This document shows, piece by piece, positions 1 through 8,786 of a stretch of 46,121 nucleotides of DNA (positions are counted from its first letter, which is position 1; every line of letters starts with the position of its first letter). The position numbers and the translations under genes are program-made. Origin of the DNA: Opitutales bacterium (GTDB lineage Bacteria > Verrucomicrobiota > Verrucomicrobiia > Opitutales > Seribacteraceae); the NCBI GenBank assembly GCA_049598825.1, contig JBMYOA010000001.1:1-46121 (forward strand), read 5' to 3'. The notes beneath the pieces were generated by a model. That model was not told where the DNA came from. It made no database searches and worked only from the letters and a program-made list of their open reading frames with translations.

Positions 1-160
1 TTTCATTACCAGGTTCCTTCAACCAACATAAGACGACATGATAAAGTCTCTCTTTGGGAACACCCTGCTTTAATTGAGACTGATCATTAAAGTCTAAAGA
101 AACTGCTGAACATCCGGAAAAGGCTAACAACAAAATAAGAATAAGAAAATTATATGGCAT
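1..160 (-). CDS. Dabb (stress-responsive alpha/beta barrel) family lipoprotein, 3' end outside the window
   Basis: Not in the ORF track. Manual translation from the ATG at 160 gives MPYNFLILILLLAFSGCSAVSLDFNDQSQLKQGVPKERLYHVVLCWLKEPGNE: signal peptide with lipobox FSGC and the Dabb N-terminal motif HVVLxWLK. Confidence 0.7.
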   Translation of the reverse strand, partial: MPYNFLILILLLAFSGCSAVSLDFNDQSQLKQGVPKERLYHVVLCWLKEPGNE

Positions 161-346
161 AGATTTATTTGATTTTCGATGGTGCGAATGCGGGTAACCG
201 AACCCTACTCAAGTTTGATAGGCTCTCATATTACTGATAACCGCATGGTGTTTTGTAAGCTGAATTTTTTAAAAGTCGATTACACATAGCAAGTCCATAT
301 GTCCTTTATGTTTGCTTTTAAGGAAGCATAGATAGATTAGAAGATT

Positions 347-709
347 ATGTCTTTTGAAGATATTATCCCTCTCGACGCACTTTTTGGCAAACAAGCCAAA
401 CCCATGTATGGAGAGAACTCTTCTTCAAAAAATGGTAAAAAGAAGAAAGTCGACCGGGAAGCCATGCAATCTGCGATCATGCGCATTCCAAGAATGGATG
501 TGAGAGTCGCCCGCGATCTGATAGATATTGGGGTGAAGGAAATTTATGAATTACAGGGAAGGTCTGCTGAAAGCTTAATGGATGAAATAAAACAGGTGCG
601 ACCTGAGACTCCAGACTATCGTCTCGCTTACCTACGAATGGGGATTTACTTTGCTGAAAATGATCCACCTGAAGCAAACAAACTCCATCCGAGTGTTTGG
701 CAGGATTAA
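347..709 (+). CDS. Cdd1/pathogenicity-locus family helix-hairpin-helix protein
   Basis: RIPRMDVRVARDLIDIGVKEIYELQGRSAESL...YLRMGIYFAEN...KLHPSVWQD follows the Cdd1-family pattern (IPxVG..A.DL..IGI.....L.G..PE.L...Y.FR.AVY.A...KL.WW.WKD). Confidence 0.7.
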   Translation: MSFEDIIPLDALFGKQAKPMYGENSSSKNGKKKKVDREAMQSAIMRIPRMDVRVARDLIDIGVKEIYELQGRSAESLMDEIKQVRPETPDYRLAYLRMGIYFAENDPPEANKLHPSVWQD

Positions 710-719
710 TTAAAAGTAT

Positions 720-968
720 TTAGCTTTCCCCGCGGTCCAGTCGCTGGCGGGCACGCTTGGTCTGCCAAACCATAAAGAGTCCATACCCGAAAAAAAGAGC
801 ACCATTAATCATGATCAGGGGCATTTGATTGTTCTTCACACCGACTCCAAACAAGGTGCCTCCCACAATTGCAAACATCCAACCAAAATAGGAACGAAAC
901 TTAATAACACGGCGAAAGTGGGTGACTTTTTTCGCCATTTGTTCAGGTGATGGTTTAGGTCGTGCCAT
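720..968 (-). CDS. Small hypothetical membrane protein (2 TM)
   Basis: 82 aa with two hydrophobic segments and basic termini; lies 8 nt downstream of the Lon-N gene on the same strand. Confidence 0.65.
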   Translation of the reverse strand: MARPKPSPEQMAKKVTHFRRVIKFRSYFGWMFAIVGGTLFGVGVKNNQMPLIMINGALFFGYGLFMVWQTKRARQRLDRGES

Positions 969-976
969 GTAAGGGA

Positions 977-1651
977 TTAATTCTCTTCTGACCCTTCATC
1001 TTCAGATTGCTTCATCAATTGCTTAATTGTGGCCAGGCGATCATTTTCCCGGTGAAGATCGGTCAGGAGCATCGACGCCCTCTTCGTTAGATGCTGAACT
1101 TCAAGCATTGCCTGTTTGCGCAGGGTATGCCTGCAAAGAGTAAATGCCGCGAGATCAACAAACGCATCATCATCCTCTAATGGATTTAAGAATTCGAGCA
1201 TTTCGTCGGTCACTTCACCGCCAAGAAGTTTATTTTGTTCCAATGCGACCTCAATTTGCTTGCGAACTTCATGCGATGAGTCGTCTCGAATGGAATTCAT
1301 CTCCTCGGTTTCTATGACTCGATATGGTAACTCCTGTGAAATTCCTCTTATTTTCACCCGCTTGATTCCCTGCAATAATACAAAGGAAGTACCATCATCA
1401 TGCTGTTTGGAAACGCGAATGAGGCCGGCCGTAGCAACCCCGAATGGATGTTCGAGATGTACCTCATCCTCCGCTACATTTTCACGCTCGCAAACAATTC
1501 CAAAAATACGGGTGGTGTTTAAAACTTCATCCAACATCTGACGGTATCTTTCCTCAAAGATCCGCAATGGCATCATAGCCTTGGGAAAGAGAACCACACC
1601 ACGGAGTGTCATGACGGGAAGCTCTTTAGGAATCTCGATGGAAGAAGTCAT
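977..1651 (-). CDS. Stand-alone LON peptidase substrate-binding (N-terminal) domain protein
   Basis: LPVMTLRGVVLFPKAMMPLRIFEERYRQML is the classic Lon N-domain start; no AAA+ or protease domain follows. Confidence 0.9.
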   Translation of the reverse strand: MTSSIEIPKELPVMTLRGVVLFPKAMMPLRIFEERYRQMLDEVLNTTRIFGIVCERENVAEDEVHLEHPFGVATAGLIRVSKQHDDGTSFVLLQGIKRVKIRGISQELPYRVIETEEMNSIRDDSSHEVRKQIEVALEQNKLLGGEVTDEMLEFLNPLEDDDAFVDLAAFTLCRHTLRKQAMLEVQHLTKRASMLLTDLHRENDRLATIKQLMKQSEDEGSEEN

Positions 1652-1712
1652 TAATCAAACCAATCTGTGGGAAAGAGATAAAAGGTCAAACCGTAGATTT
1701 AATAAACTGTTG

Positions 1713-3053
1713 CTACAGGAAGAGTCCGGCAACAGTTGCGGACAGCAAACTCGCCAAGGTTCCACCAATTAGAGCTCTCATACCAAGGCTGGCCAGTTCT
1801 GATCTGCGCTCGGGCGCTAAAGCTCCAATCCCACCAATTTGAATACCAATTGACATAAAATTGGCAAAACCACAGAGGGCGAAAGTTGCTAAATATACAG
1901 ATCTTGTACTCAAACCTTCTGATTGAAGTGTGGCCAAGTCAGCAAACGCAAAAAATTCGGTAGCAAAGAGTTTCGTACCAATCAATTGACCGACCTCAAG
2001 GATTTCACCCGACGAAATACCAATAAGCCAGGCAATCGGAGCAAAAAGAAATCCGAAAATAGCTTGCAAACTAAGTTCTTCAAATCGGCCATTGGTGGTC
2101 ATGGAAAGCCATTGATTGATATCTTTTCCATCTCCAAAAGAAAGTAATCCCAAGTAAGAAAGCATGTAATTGAGCAAAAGAATCAAGGCGTAGAAGGATA
2201 TTAACATCGCGGCCACATTGAGAGCCAAACTCAACCCTTGAGTCGTTCCGTTAGCAAGGGCGTCAATGGGATTCCTGCCAATTTCTTCACGATTGATACT
2301 TAGTTTATGATCAACCTCATTTGTCTCAGGAATTAAAATCTTAGCAAAAAGCAAAGCCGCAGGAGCATTCATCGCAGAAGCACAAAGTAAAAACTTCCCA
2401 AAGAGAATTCGTGAGGATTCGTCTGTCCCTCCAAGCATGCCCATATAAATGGCAAATACAGAGCCAGCTATCGTAGCCATTCCTCCAACCATCAATGCGA
2501 GAATTTCGGATCGGGTCATTTTGGCAATGTAAGGTTTCACAATCAAAGGTGCTTCCGTCTGTCCAACAAAAATATTTGCCGCAGCAGCTAAGCTCTCTGC
2601 ACCCGACAAACGCATAACCCGACTCATCAACCAGGCCATGCCTCTCACCACAAATTGAAGCACACCAAAATAATAAAGCAGGGATGATAACGCCGAGAAG
2701 AAGAGAATGCTGGGCAGAGCCATAAAGGCAAAGACGAAGCCCTGACCAGAAAAAAGCTCGTTCATTTTCTCAAAGTTCGCGAGAGGTCCAAAAACAAAGG
2801 ACGAAGCATCAACCGATACTTTCAAGGCAATAGCAAAAAGATGAGCGACATACCCAAACAGGTTTTCTACCCACACAATTTTGAGAACTCCAAAGGCTAT
2901 TACCAGTTGGAGGAAGAGTCCTCCGAGGACTACCCTCCGATTGATACGATTCCGATTTGAGCTCATTGCATATGCCAACCCCAAAAGCCCAACAATACCA
3001 ATTACAGCACGCAATATTGGGTAAGTCGATTCGGTCGAGGCTAATGCATTCAT
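1713..3053 (-). CDS. NupC/CNT family concentrative nucleoside transporter
   Basis: Motifs SGAESLAAAANIFVGQTEAPL, GGMATIAGSV and FALCGFANFMSIGIQIGGIGALAPERR. Confidence 0.95.
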   Translation of the reverse strand: MNALASTESTYPILRAVIGIVGLLGLAYAMSSNRNRINRRVVLGGLFLQLVIAFGVLKIVWVENLFGYVAHLFAIALKVSVDASSFVFGPLANFEKMNELFSGQGFVFAFMALPSILFFSALSSLLYYFGVLQFVVRGMAWLMSRVMRLSGAESLAAAANIFVGQTEAPLIVKPYIAKMTRSEILALMVGGMATIAGSVFAIYMGMLGGTDESSRILFGKFLLCASAMNAPAALLFAKILIPETNEVDHKLSINREEIGRNPIDALANGTTQGLSLALNVAAMLISFYALILLLNYMLSYLGLLSFGDGKDINQWLSMTTNGRFEELSLQAIFGFLFAPIAWLIGISSGEILEVGQLIGTKLFATEFFAFADLATLQSEGLSTRSVYLATFALCGFANFMSIGIQIGGIGALAPERRSELASLGMRALIGGTLASLLSATVAGLFL

Positions 3054-3159
3054 TTACAAATCATGATGTTAGGTTGGATAGACAAGAGGGGTCAATCTTT
3101 GGTTTTTAAATATCAGTGCTTATTCAGTCGATGATCTTGAAAAGTTTACAATATCCTGC

Positions 3160-3188
3160 TTGCCCTCTTAACAGTGAAAACCAATATT
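3160..3188 (+). promoter_or_regulatory. Putative sigma70-type promoter for the small lipoprotein ORF
   Basis: TTGCCC (3160-3165), 17-nt spacer, AATATT (3183-3188), then 6 nt to the ATG at 3195. CAATAT with a 16-nt spacer is an alternative -10. Confidence 0.4.
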
Positions 3189-3194
3189 TTGGGA

Positions 3195-3272
3195 ATGATC
3201 CGTTTATTCATTACTTTATCGATTTTTTTCTTTCTTAGCAGTTGCGGCGTACCGTTGATACCTGGAATTTAG
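3195..3272 (+). CDS. 25-aa putative micro-lipoprotein
   Basis: Manual translation MIRLFITLSIFFFLSSCGVPLIPGI*: basic N-terminus, hydrophobic core, lipobox LSS-C. Too short for the ORF track. Confidence 0.6.
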   Translation: MIRLFITLSIFFFLSSCGVPLIPGI

Positions 3273-3322
3273 TTTTTCCAATGTCGTCCCTACACCTCCG
3301 CCTTTCCTGCTAATCAGATCTT

Positions 3323-4066
3323 ATGAATATGACTGAAAACCTGAAAGGAAAAAATGTTTTGTTGACTGGAGGTGGTTCAGGAATGGGAAAAGCCACTGCC
3401 CTCGCCCTCGCCAAGAATGGAGCAAATGTGGCTATTGCCGGGAGGAATAAGGAGAACCTGGCTTCAACTGTTTCTCTTGCTCAGGCGACAGAAAAGATAT
3501 CGGCCAAAGAGGCTGATGTCACTGACCGTTACTCTTTAGAAGACCTCTTCCAATGGTTTGATGTCGAATTTGGCACCCTTGATTATCTTGTGCACGCAGC
3601 AGGTATTAATGTAGCGATGAGGTCGATGGAGGAACTTTCTCCCGATGATTGGGATAGACTCATTCAAATTAATCTTACAGGTAGTTATAATGTTCTTCGA
3701 CTGACATTGAACAGGATGAGACCCCAAAAAAAAGGTCTGATCGTCTTAATCAATTCAGTTGCCGGAAAAAGATCGGTTCCTCTCGCTGGAATTGGGTACA
3801 ATGCTTCCAAATTCGGAATGAGCGGTTTGGGCATAGGCGTCGCAGAAGAAGAAAGAAATAATGGAATTCGAATCAGTAATCTTTATCCCGGAGAGGTGAA
3901 TACCCCCATTTTAGAAAACCGTAAGGAGCCTCCCGGGGAAGAACATCGACAAAGTATTCTGCAAGCGGAGGATGTCGCCTCTGTAATTCTTCACTTATGT
4001 CAACTCCCTGAAAGAGTCCATATCCCAGAATTGGTTATTAAACCGACCTTACAATCTTTCGTTTGA
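3323..4066 (+). CDS. SDR family NAD(P)-dependent oxidoreductase
   Basis: TGGGSGMG cofactor motif, catalytic YNASK, PGEVNT. Confidence 0.95.
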   Translation: MNMTENLKGKNVLLTGGGSGMGKATALALAKNGANVAIAGRNKENLASTVSLAQATEKISAKEADVTDRYSLEDLFQWFDVEFGTLDYLVHAAGINVAMRSMEELSPDDWDRLIQINLTGSYNVLRLTLNRMRPQKKGLIVLINSVAGKRSVPLAGIGYNASKFGMSGLGIGVAEEERNNGIRISNLYPGEVNTPILENRKEPPGEEHRQSILQAEDVASVILHLCQLPERVHIPELVIKPTLQSFV

Positions 4067-4098
4067 GGAGCGGCTTGGGTCTGAGATAATAAAGGAAT

Positions 4099-5322
4099 CT
4101 AAATTTGGAGTTTTTCGATAATCGAAGAGACTGCTTTTTCAACATTTTCTCGATGTCCAAAAGCACTCAGTCTGAAAAAGCCTTCACCCGCAGGTCCAAA
4201 ACCTGATCCAGGAGTACCCACCACATGGCATTCATTCAGAAGCTTATCAAAAAAGTCCCACGAAGAAAGCCCTCCTGGAGTCTTTAACCATACATAAGGG
4301 GCATTCCCCCCTCCATAAGTGGTGATTCCAAGTGACTGCAATCCTTCATTTATGATCCGGGCATTCTCTAAGTAGAACGCAACCTGAGCATCCGTTTGAC
4401 TGCGACCTTCCGGACTCAGAGCAGCTACACCACCAGCTTGGACAATGTTGGCGGCACCGTTGAAGAATGTGTTTTGACGACGAGTCCACAGTGCATGTAA
4501 TTTCCCAGCCTCGGAATCTTCCGTCCTGCATGCTCTGGGCACAATTGTCCATGCTAACCTCACCCCGGTGAATCCTGCAGTTTTAGAAAAACTGTTAAAT
4601 TCAATTGCACAGGTTTCCGCTCCTTCCACTTCATAAATCGAACGAGGGAGTGAAGGATCAGTGATAAAGGATGCATAGGCTGAATCATAGAAAATGATGG
4701 CCTTGTGCTGGTTCGCGTAATCCACGAAACCCTTTAGCTGTTCCTTCGTGGCGACTGCTCCGGTAGGGTTGTTTGGGCTGCAAATATAAATGAGATCCAC
4801 CTTACGGTCAGGCAGTTCTGGGAAAAAGCCATTCTCTTCAGTGCAAGGCATATAAACCAAACCTTCATACCCTGAATCAGTCGCTTGGCCGGTGCGGCCG
4901 AAAATCACATTACTATCGACATAAACAGGATATGCGGGGTCCTGAACCGCAACCACGCAATCATCAGAAAATATGCTTTGGATATTAGCCGAGTCAGATT
5001 TCGCTCCATCGCTGACAAAGAACTCAGAGGGATCCAATGAAAGCCCTCTCTCCGCATAAAGATCAGCTAGCCCTTCCCTTAAGGGAGTGATTCCCTCTGA
5101 GGGACCATAACCGGAGTATGAATCGGCTTTACCGAGAGCATCGACCCCCGCGTGCAATCCATCCAGGACAGCAGGGACAATGGGTTCAGTGGTATCTCCA
5201 ATTCCGAGACGCAATACTTGAGCTCCCGAATTCTCTTCGAGAAAAGCGTTGGTGCGGCGGGCAATCTCCGGAAAAAGATAGCCTGCTGCCAATTTATCGT
5301 AATTTTTATTTATTCTGGCCAT
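4099..5322 (-). CDS. dapL: LL-diaminopimelate aminotransferase
   Basis: GYLFPEIARR, LGIGDTTEP, SDGAKSD, DPAYPVYVD, CSPNNPTG, SFSKTAGFTGVR (PLP lysine), PGSGFGPAGEGFFRLSAF. Confidence 0.97.
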   Translation of the reverse strand: MARINKNYDKLAAGYLFPEIARRTNAFLEENSGAQVLRLGIGDTTEPIVPAVLDGLHAGVDALGKADSYSGYGPSEGITPLREGLADLYAERGLSLDPSEFFVSDGAKSDSANIQSIFSDDCVVAVQDPAYPVYVDSNVIFGRTGQATDSGYEGLVYMPCTEENGFFPELPDRKVDLIYICSPNNPTGAVATKEQLKGFVDYANQHKAIIFYDSAYASFITDPSLPRSIYEVEGAETCAIEFNSFSKTAGFTGVRLAWTIVPRACRTEDSEAGKLHALWTRRQNTFFNGAANIVQAGGVAALSPEGRSQTDAQVAFYLENARIINEGLQSLGITTYGGGNAPYVWLKTPGGLSSWDFFDKLLNECHVVGTPGSGFGPAGEGFFRLSAFGHRENVEKAVSSIIEKLQI

Positions 5323-5385
5323 AAGGAAATTAAACTTTTCAGAATGCCTTCTCCTCTAAATTTGGCAACGTGGAATCCTCAAAAA

Positions 5386-6186
5386 TCATTCCCCGGATTG
5401 CAAAAGAAGACCATGGCGGCGCGCCGCCTGAAAAGAAATGAAGAAAGCAATTAATCCAAATATAAGATATAAAATATTTAGGGTAAATCCTTTCACCATC
5501 AGTCCTGTCTCGAAATTACCATCAACCAATAAAGCACGCATGCCCTCGAACACATAGGTTGTTGGAATAAAGACGGCAATGGATTGCATCCACTCTGGAA
5601 GCGTGGACAGTGGGTAATAGATGCACGAAAACGGTGCAATCAGAAAGGGTAAGACCCATGTTAAACTTTCGGCACCCAATCCATACCTGATCAGAATTCC
5701 TGTGACAAATTGCGAAATTGCCCACCCCGTAAGTACCAAATTCAGAAAAAACCCGAGCAGGGGGAGACCCATATCAAAAACGGACACTCCGAAAAAAGGG
5801 ATAGCCAGCAAAGCCGCGGGTAACATTCCGATGAGAGTGCGCATCATTGAGATAGTTGCGAGGGCAGCAATCAGCTCGCGTGGTCGGAGAGGAGACACAA
5901 ATAAATTACCAAGATTACGGGACCATAATTCTTCCAAAAAAGAAAGGGTGTAACTAATATGAGACCGGAACAGGCAATCCCAGACCAAGACCACTGAGAT
6001 CAGTATCCCCCCTGCGGTGAGTTCAGGACTGGAACTTGAAAAGTGCTGGGAAACAAATCCCCAGATAATCATCTGCATAGTGGGCCAGTATGCGATTTCA
6101 ATTATTCTGGGCCATGAGCTTCTTAGCAAATAGAGGTAGCGTAAAACCAAGGCGGCAATTCTTCCAAATGAACTCGCTGATTGCAT
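5386..6186 (-). CDS. ABC-2 type transporter permease
   Basis: About 6 TM segments; EELWSRNLGNLFVSPLRP; YYPLSTLPEWMQ...PTTYVFEGMR. Confidence 0.9.
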   Translation of the reverse strand: MQSASSFGRIAALVLRYLYLLRSSWPRIIEIAYWPTMQMIIWGFVSQHFSSSSPELTAGGILISVVLVWDCLFRSHISYTLSFLEELWSRNLGNLFVSPLRPRELIAALATISMMRTLIGMLPAALLAIPFFGVSVFDMGLPLLGFFLNLVLTGWAISQFVTGILIRYGLGAESLTWVLPFLIAPFSCIYYPLSTLPEWMQSIAVFIPTTYVFEGMRALLVDGNFETGLMVKGFTLNILYLIFGLIAFFISFQAARRHGLLLQSGE

Positions 6187-6912
6187 CTAACCCTGCCCTT
6201 CTCTCGATAAATCCAGAAATACCTGCTCCAGGTTTTCTCGGTTGTGTTTATTGAGTAACTCCTGGGGAGATCCCCTCTCGATTAATTTACCTTTTTTCAT
6301 CAAGAGAACTTCGTCACAGAGTAATTCAACTTCACGCATATCATGGCTAGCGAATAAAATCGTCGCCCCTAGAGAATCCCTGTAGTTTTTCAAAAAATCT
6401 CTTATCCAAGATGTGGTATCCGGGTCAAGGCTGGCGGTTGGTTCATCCAGAAGTAAAAACTCAGGCCGGTTAATCAAAGATTTAGCCAGGGACACCCTTG
6501 TTTTTTGACCCGAAGAAAGTTTTCGTACCCTTCGATCAAGCAGTTCCTGTAAGCGAAACTCTTCGCATACCTGATCGATACGCTCTTTTGGTTTTTTTAC
6601 CCCGTACAGTTTTGCATATACAGTAAGGTTTTCCCTGACCGTTAAACGTTGCGGAAGATCGACATAGGGTGAGGAGAAGTTCATTCTGCCCAACACGGAG
6701 TAGCGATTCCGGATGAAATCCTGATCGAATAGCCGAATGCCTCCAGAAGTTGGTTCAAGCAGACCAAGAAGCATAGAAAGGGTGGTTGTCTTACCAGCAC
6801 CATTACCACCTAAAAGAGCAGATATAGTACCCCCTTCCAATCCGAAGGACAGATCATCAACTGCCAAGACAGAGGAGAACTTCTTCGTTAGGTTTTCAGT
6901 CTGTAAAATCAT
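6187..6912 (-). CDS. ABC transporter ATP-binding protein
   Basis: Walker A GGNGAGKTT, signature LSSGQ, Walker B LLLDEPT, switch SHDM. ATG at 6912 chosen; TTG at 6918 is an alternative start. Confidence 0.95.
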   Translation of the reverse strand: MILQTENLTKKFSSVLAVDDLSFGLEGGTISALLGGNGAGKTTTLSMLLGLLEPTSGGIRLFDQDFIRNRYSVLGRMNFSSPYVDLPQRLTVRENLTVYAKLYGVKKPKERIDQVCEEFRLQELLDRRVRKLSSGQKTRVSLAKSLINRPEFLLLDEPTASLDPDTTSWIRDFLKNYRDSLGATILFASHDMREVELLCDEVLLMKKGKLIERGSPQELLNKHNRENLEQVFLDLSREGQG

Positions 6913-6989
6913 GTTCAAACGGACTGGAGGAAAAAGATAAAAATAAGGAGGCTCAAGGCGAATTGATATAAAATCTTAAAATTAAAAGA

Positions 6990-7664
6990 TTAATCAATGG
7001 TCAGTTCCATCAGAGACTCCCGGGCTAATGTAGTGGCGTCAAGATCGGTTCCTGCATCAAACAATTTATCCCTCGAAAGAACTCGAGTACGCACGATGAC
7101 TTTTGAAAATGGATAAGGCACCACGAACTTATCCCAGGAATTGAAACGAAAGCATTTGGAATACTCGAAGGACAAAAGAAGAATTGGTTTTTTGGTTATT
7201 CTAGCCAGCGCAATCGCACCCGTTTTCGCATCATACATCGGTCCTCTTGATCCATCAGGCGTTATCCCAACATCATTTCCGGATTTAACAACCTTAACGA
7301 GTTCACGAACAGCTTGGGAACCACGCCGGTTTTGGGATCCTCGTATTGGTCGGATGCCTGCCCATCCATAAAAGGTTTCCAACCAAGCCCCATCACGACT
7401 GGCACTAATTAAGCCAAAGCATTGCTTCTGTTTACGGAAACGATGATGCCACTCCCCTGCTAAAAACAACCGGTTGTGCCAAAGAAAAATAACCAATGCC
7501 TGTGACTGCTTGTTAAGTTCCGACCTGCCATTTTGTTCTTTGTAATCTAACCTGATTGAGATTGTCCACAATCGGTAAATTATTCCCAAGGGGGAAAGCA
7601 GTAAACGAATTAAAAAGCTTTGTCGGAAGGGAATAAAACCCTTTCCAGTTGAGCGTTTTGACAT
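6990..7664 (-). CDS. DUF374 / lysophospholipid acyltransferase-like protein
   Basis: WHNR, LISASRDG, IRGSQNRRG, ITPDGSRGP, SWDKFVVPYPFS. Confidence 0.9.
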   Translation of the reverse strand: MSKRSTGKGFIPFRQSFLIRLLLSPLGIIYRLWTISIRLDYKEQNGRSELNKQSQALVIFLWHNRLFLAGEWHHRFRKQKQCFGLISASRDGAWLETFYGWAGIRPIRGSQNRRGSQAVRELVKVVKSGNDVGITPDGSRGPMYDAKTGAIALARITKKPILLLSFEYSKCFRFNSWDKFVVPYPFSKVIVRTRVLSRDKLFDAGTDLDATTLARESLMELTID

Positions 7665-7671
7665 TCGTTGC

Positions 7672-8730
7672 TTAAAAATCGAAGTTCAACCCGAGCTCAG
7701 CAACATGCGAGGGCACCTCGTCTTCATGAAGATAACGGTATCCAAATCGTAATGCGATAAGATCTGTGACATTCCAGGCTAACCCAAGAGAACCGGTGGC
7801 GAAAAAACCATGATCTTTCCTTTTACGAGGATCTTCTATTAACGATAAGTAGTAGCCAAGTCCAACACCCATGTATGCATCGAGGGAACTGGCAATCGGA
7901 GTTCTTAGCCCAAGATCCAAATATCCCGCCACGGTTTGACTGTGCCCGGAGATCGGGTTGATCGGGTTGGGACCCCCAATCACTTCGTAGGAGTCATCAT
8001 CCAACGAATGCCTTTTGTAGGATACTCCTACACCTACACGAAATGGATTCTTCTCTAGACCACCCGCGATATTCACAGATACACCTGGATCATATTTACG
8101 ATGCCTGGATTTATGAACCGAAGGGTCACCTTCGTGAGTTTTAAAAGGGATTGAAAACCCTGGGGAAATTACAAGGTAACCGCCTAAACTTTCGCGAGAG
8201 GCTTGTTCAGGATCAAACAAAGAGGCTACTTTACCCTCCTTAGAGTATTTGCCAGGGGCATCTACACTAAATGCTAGTTGATTAGTTTGAGAACGGACCG
8301 GTTGTTGCTGCTCTTGAAGTTCTTGTGGTACTGATTGAGGGGCAACTGGACGGGGAGTTGGCGACGGCGTAAAAGATGCAGGAGTGGAATAATTGCTTTC
8401 GTAAGTCCTTTGCTGGTAGACAGGTTTTTGGGGGGAGTTGCTTAATTCAAATGGGGTCGAATGTTTACCTTGGGAGGATAAACCATAGAAGATTTGATCG
8501 AATCGTTGTTGGAGGGTGTGCAACCTGCTGGAATAATTATTCAGCTCACTTTTGAGGCCATGAATTCTCTGCTGTTGATAAAAACTTCGGTCATCTACTT
8601 TTTCAAAATAATCGCTGACCGGTTTTTCCTCAGCTAAAAAGGAACCGCGAGAATCAGATGAGTATTGTCCCCACATCATGAGGGGAGATGTCATCCAAAC
8701 GAAGGCAAGAATTGTTTGAAGGAATCGCAT
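7672..8730 (-). CDS. Outer-membrane beta-barrel protein with N-terminal coiled-coil and Pro/Gln-rich linker
   Basis: Signal peptide; C-terminal ~170 aa of amphipathic strands (AYMGVGLGYY, GSLGLAWNVTDLIALRFGYRY, AELGLNFDF) ending in Phe, typical of 8-stranded OmpA/Opa-like barrels. Confidence 0.75.
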   Translation of the reverse strand: MRFLQTILAFVWMTSPLMMWGQYSSDSRGSFLAEEKPVSDYFEKVDDRSFYQQQRIHGLKSELNNYSSRLHTLQQRFDQIFYGLSSQGKHSTPFELSNSPQKPVYQQRTYESNYSTPASFTPSPTPRPVAPQSVPQELQEQQQPVRSQTNQLAFSVDAPGKYSKEGKVASLFDPEQASRESLGGYLVISPGFSIPFKTHEGDPSVHKSRHRKYDPGVSVNIAGGLEKNPFRVGVGVSYKRHSLDDDSYEVIGGPNPINPISGHSQTVAGYLDLGLRTPIASSLDAYMGVGLGYYLSLIEDPRKRKDHGFFATGSLGLAWNVTDLIALRFGYRYLHEDEVPSHVAELGLNFDF

Positions 8731-8786
8731 ATCAACTAATCATTTATCAGATATTTACTAAGCGAATGGCAACCCTAAAGAATGAA

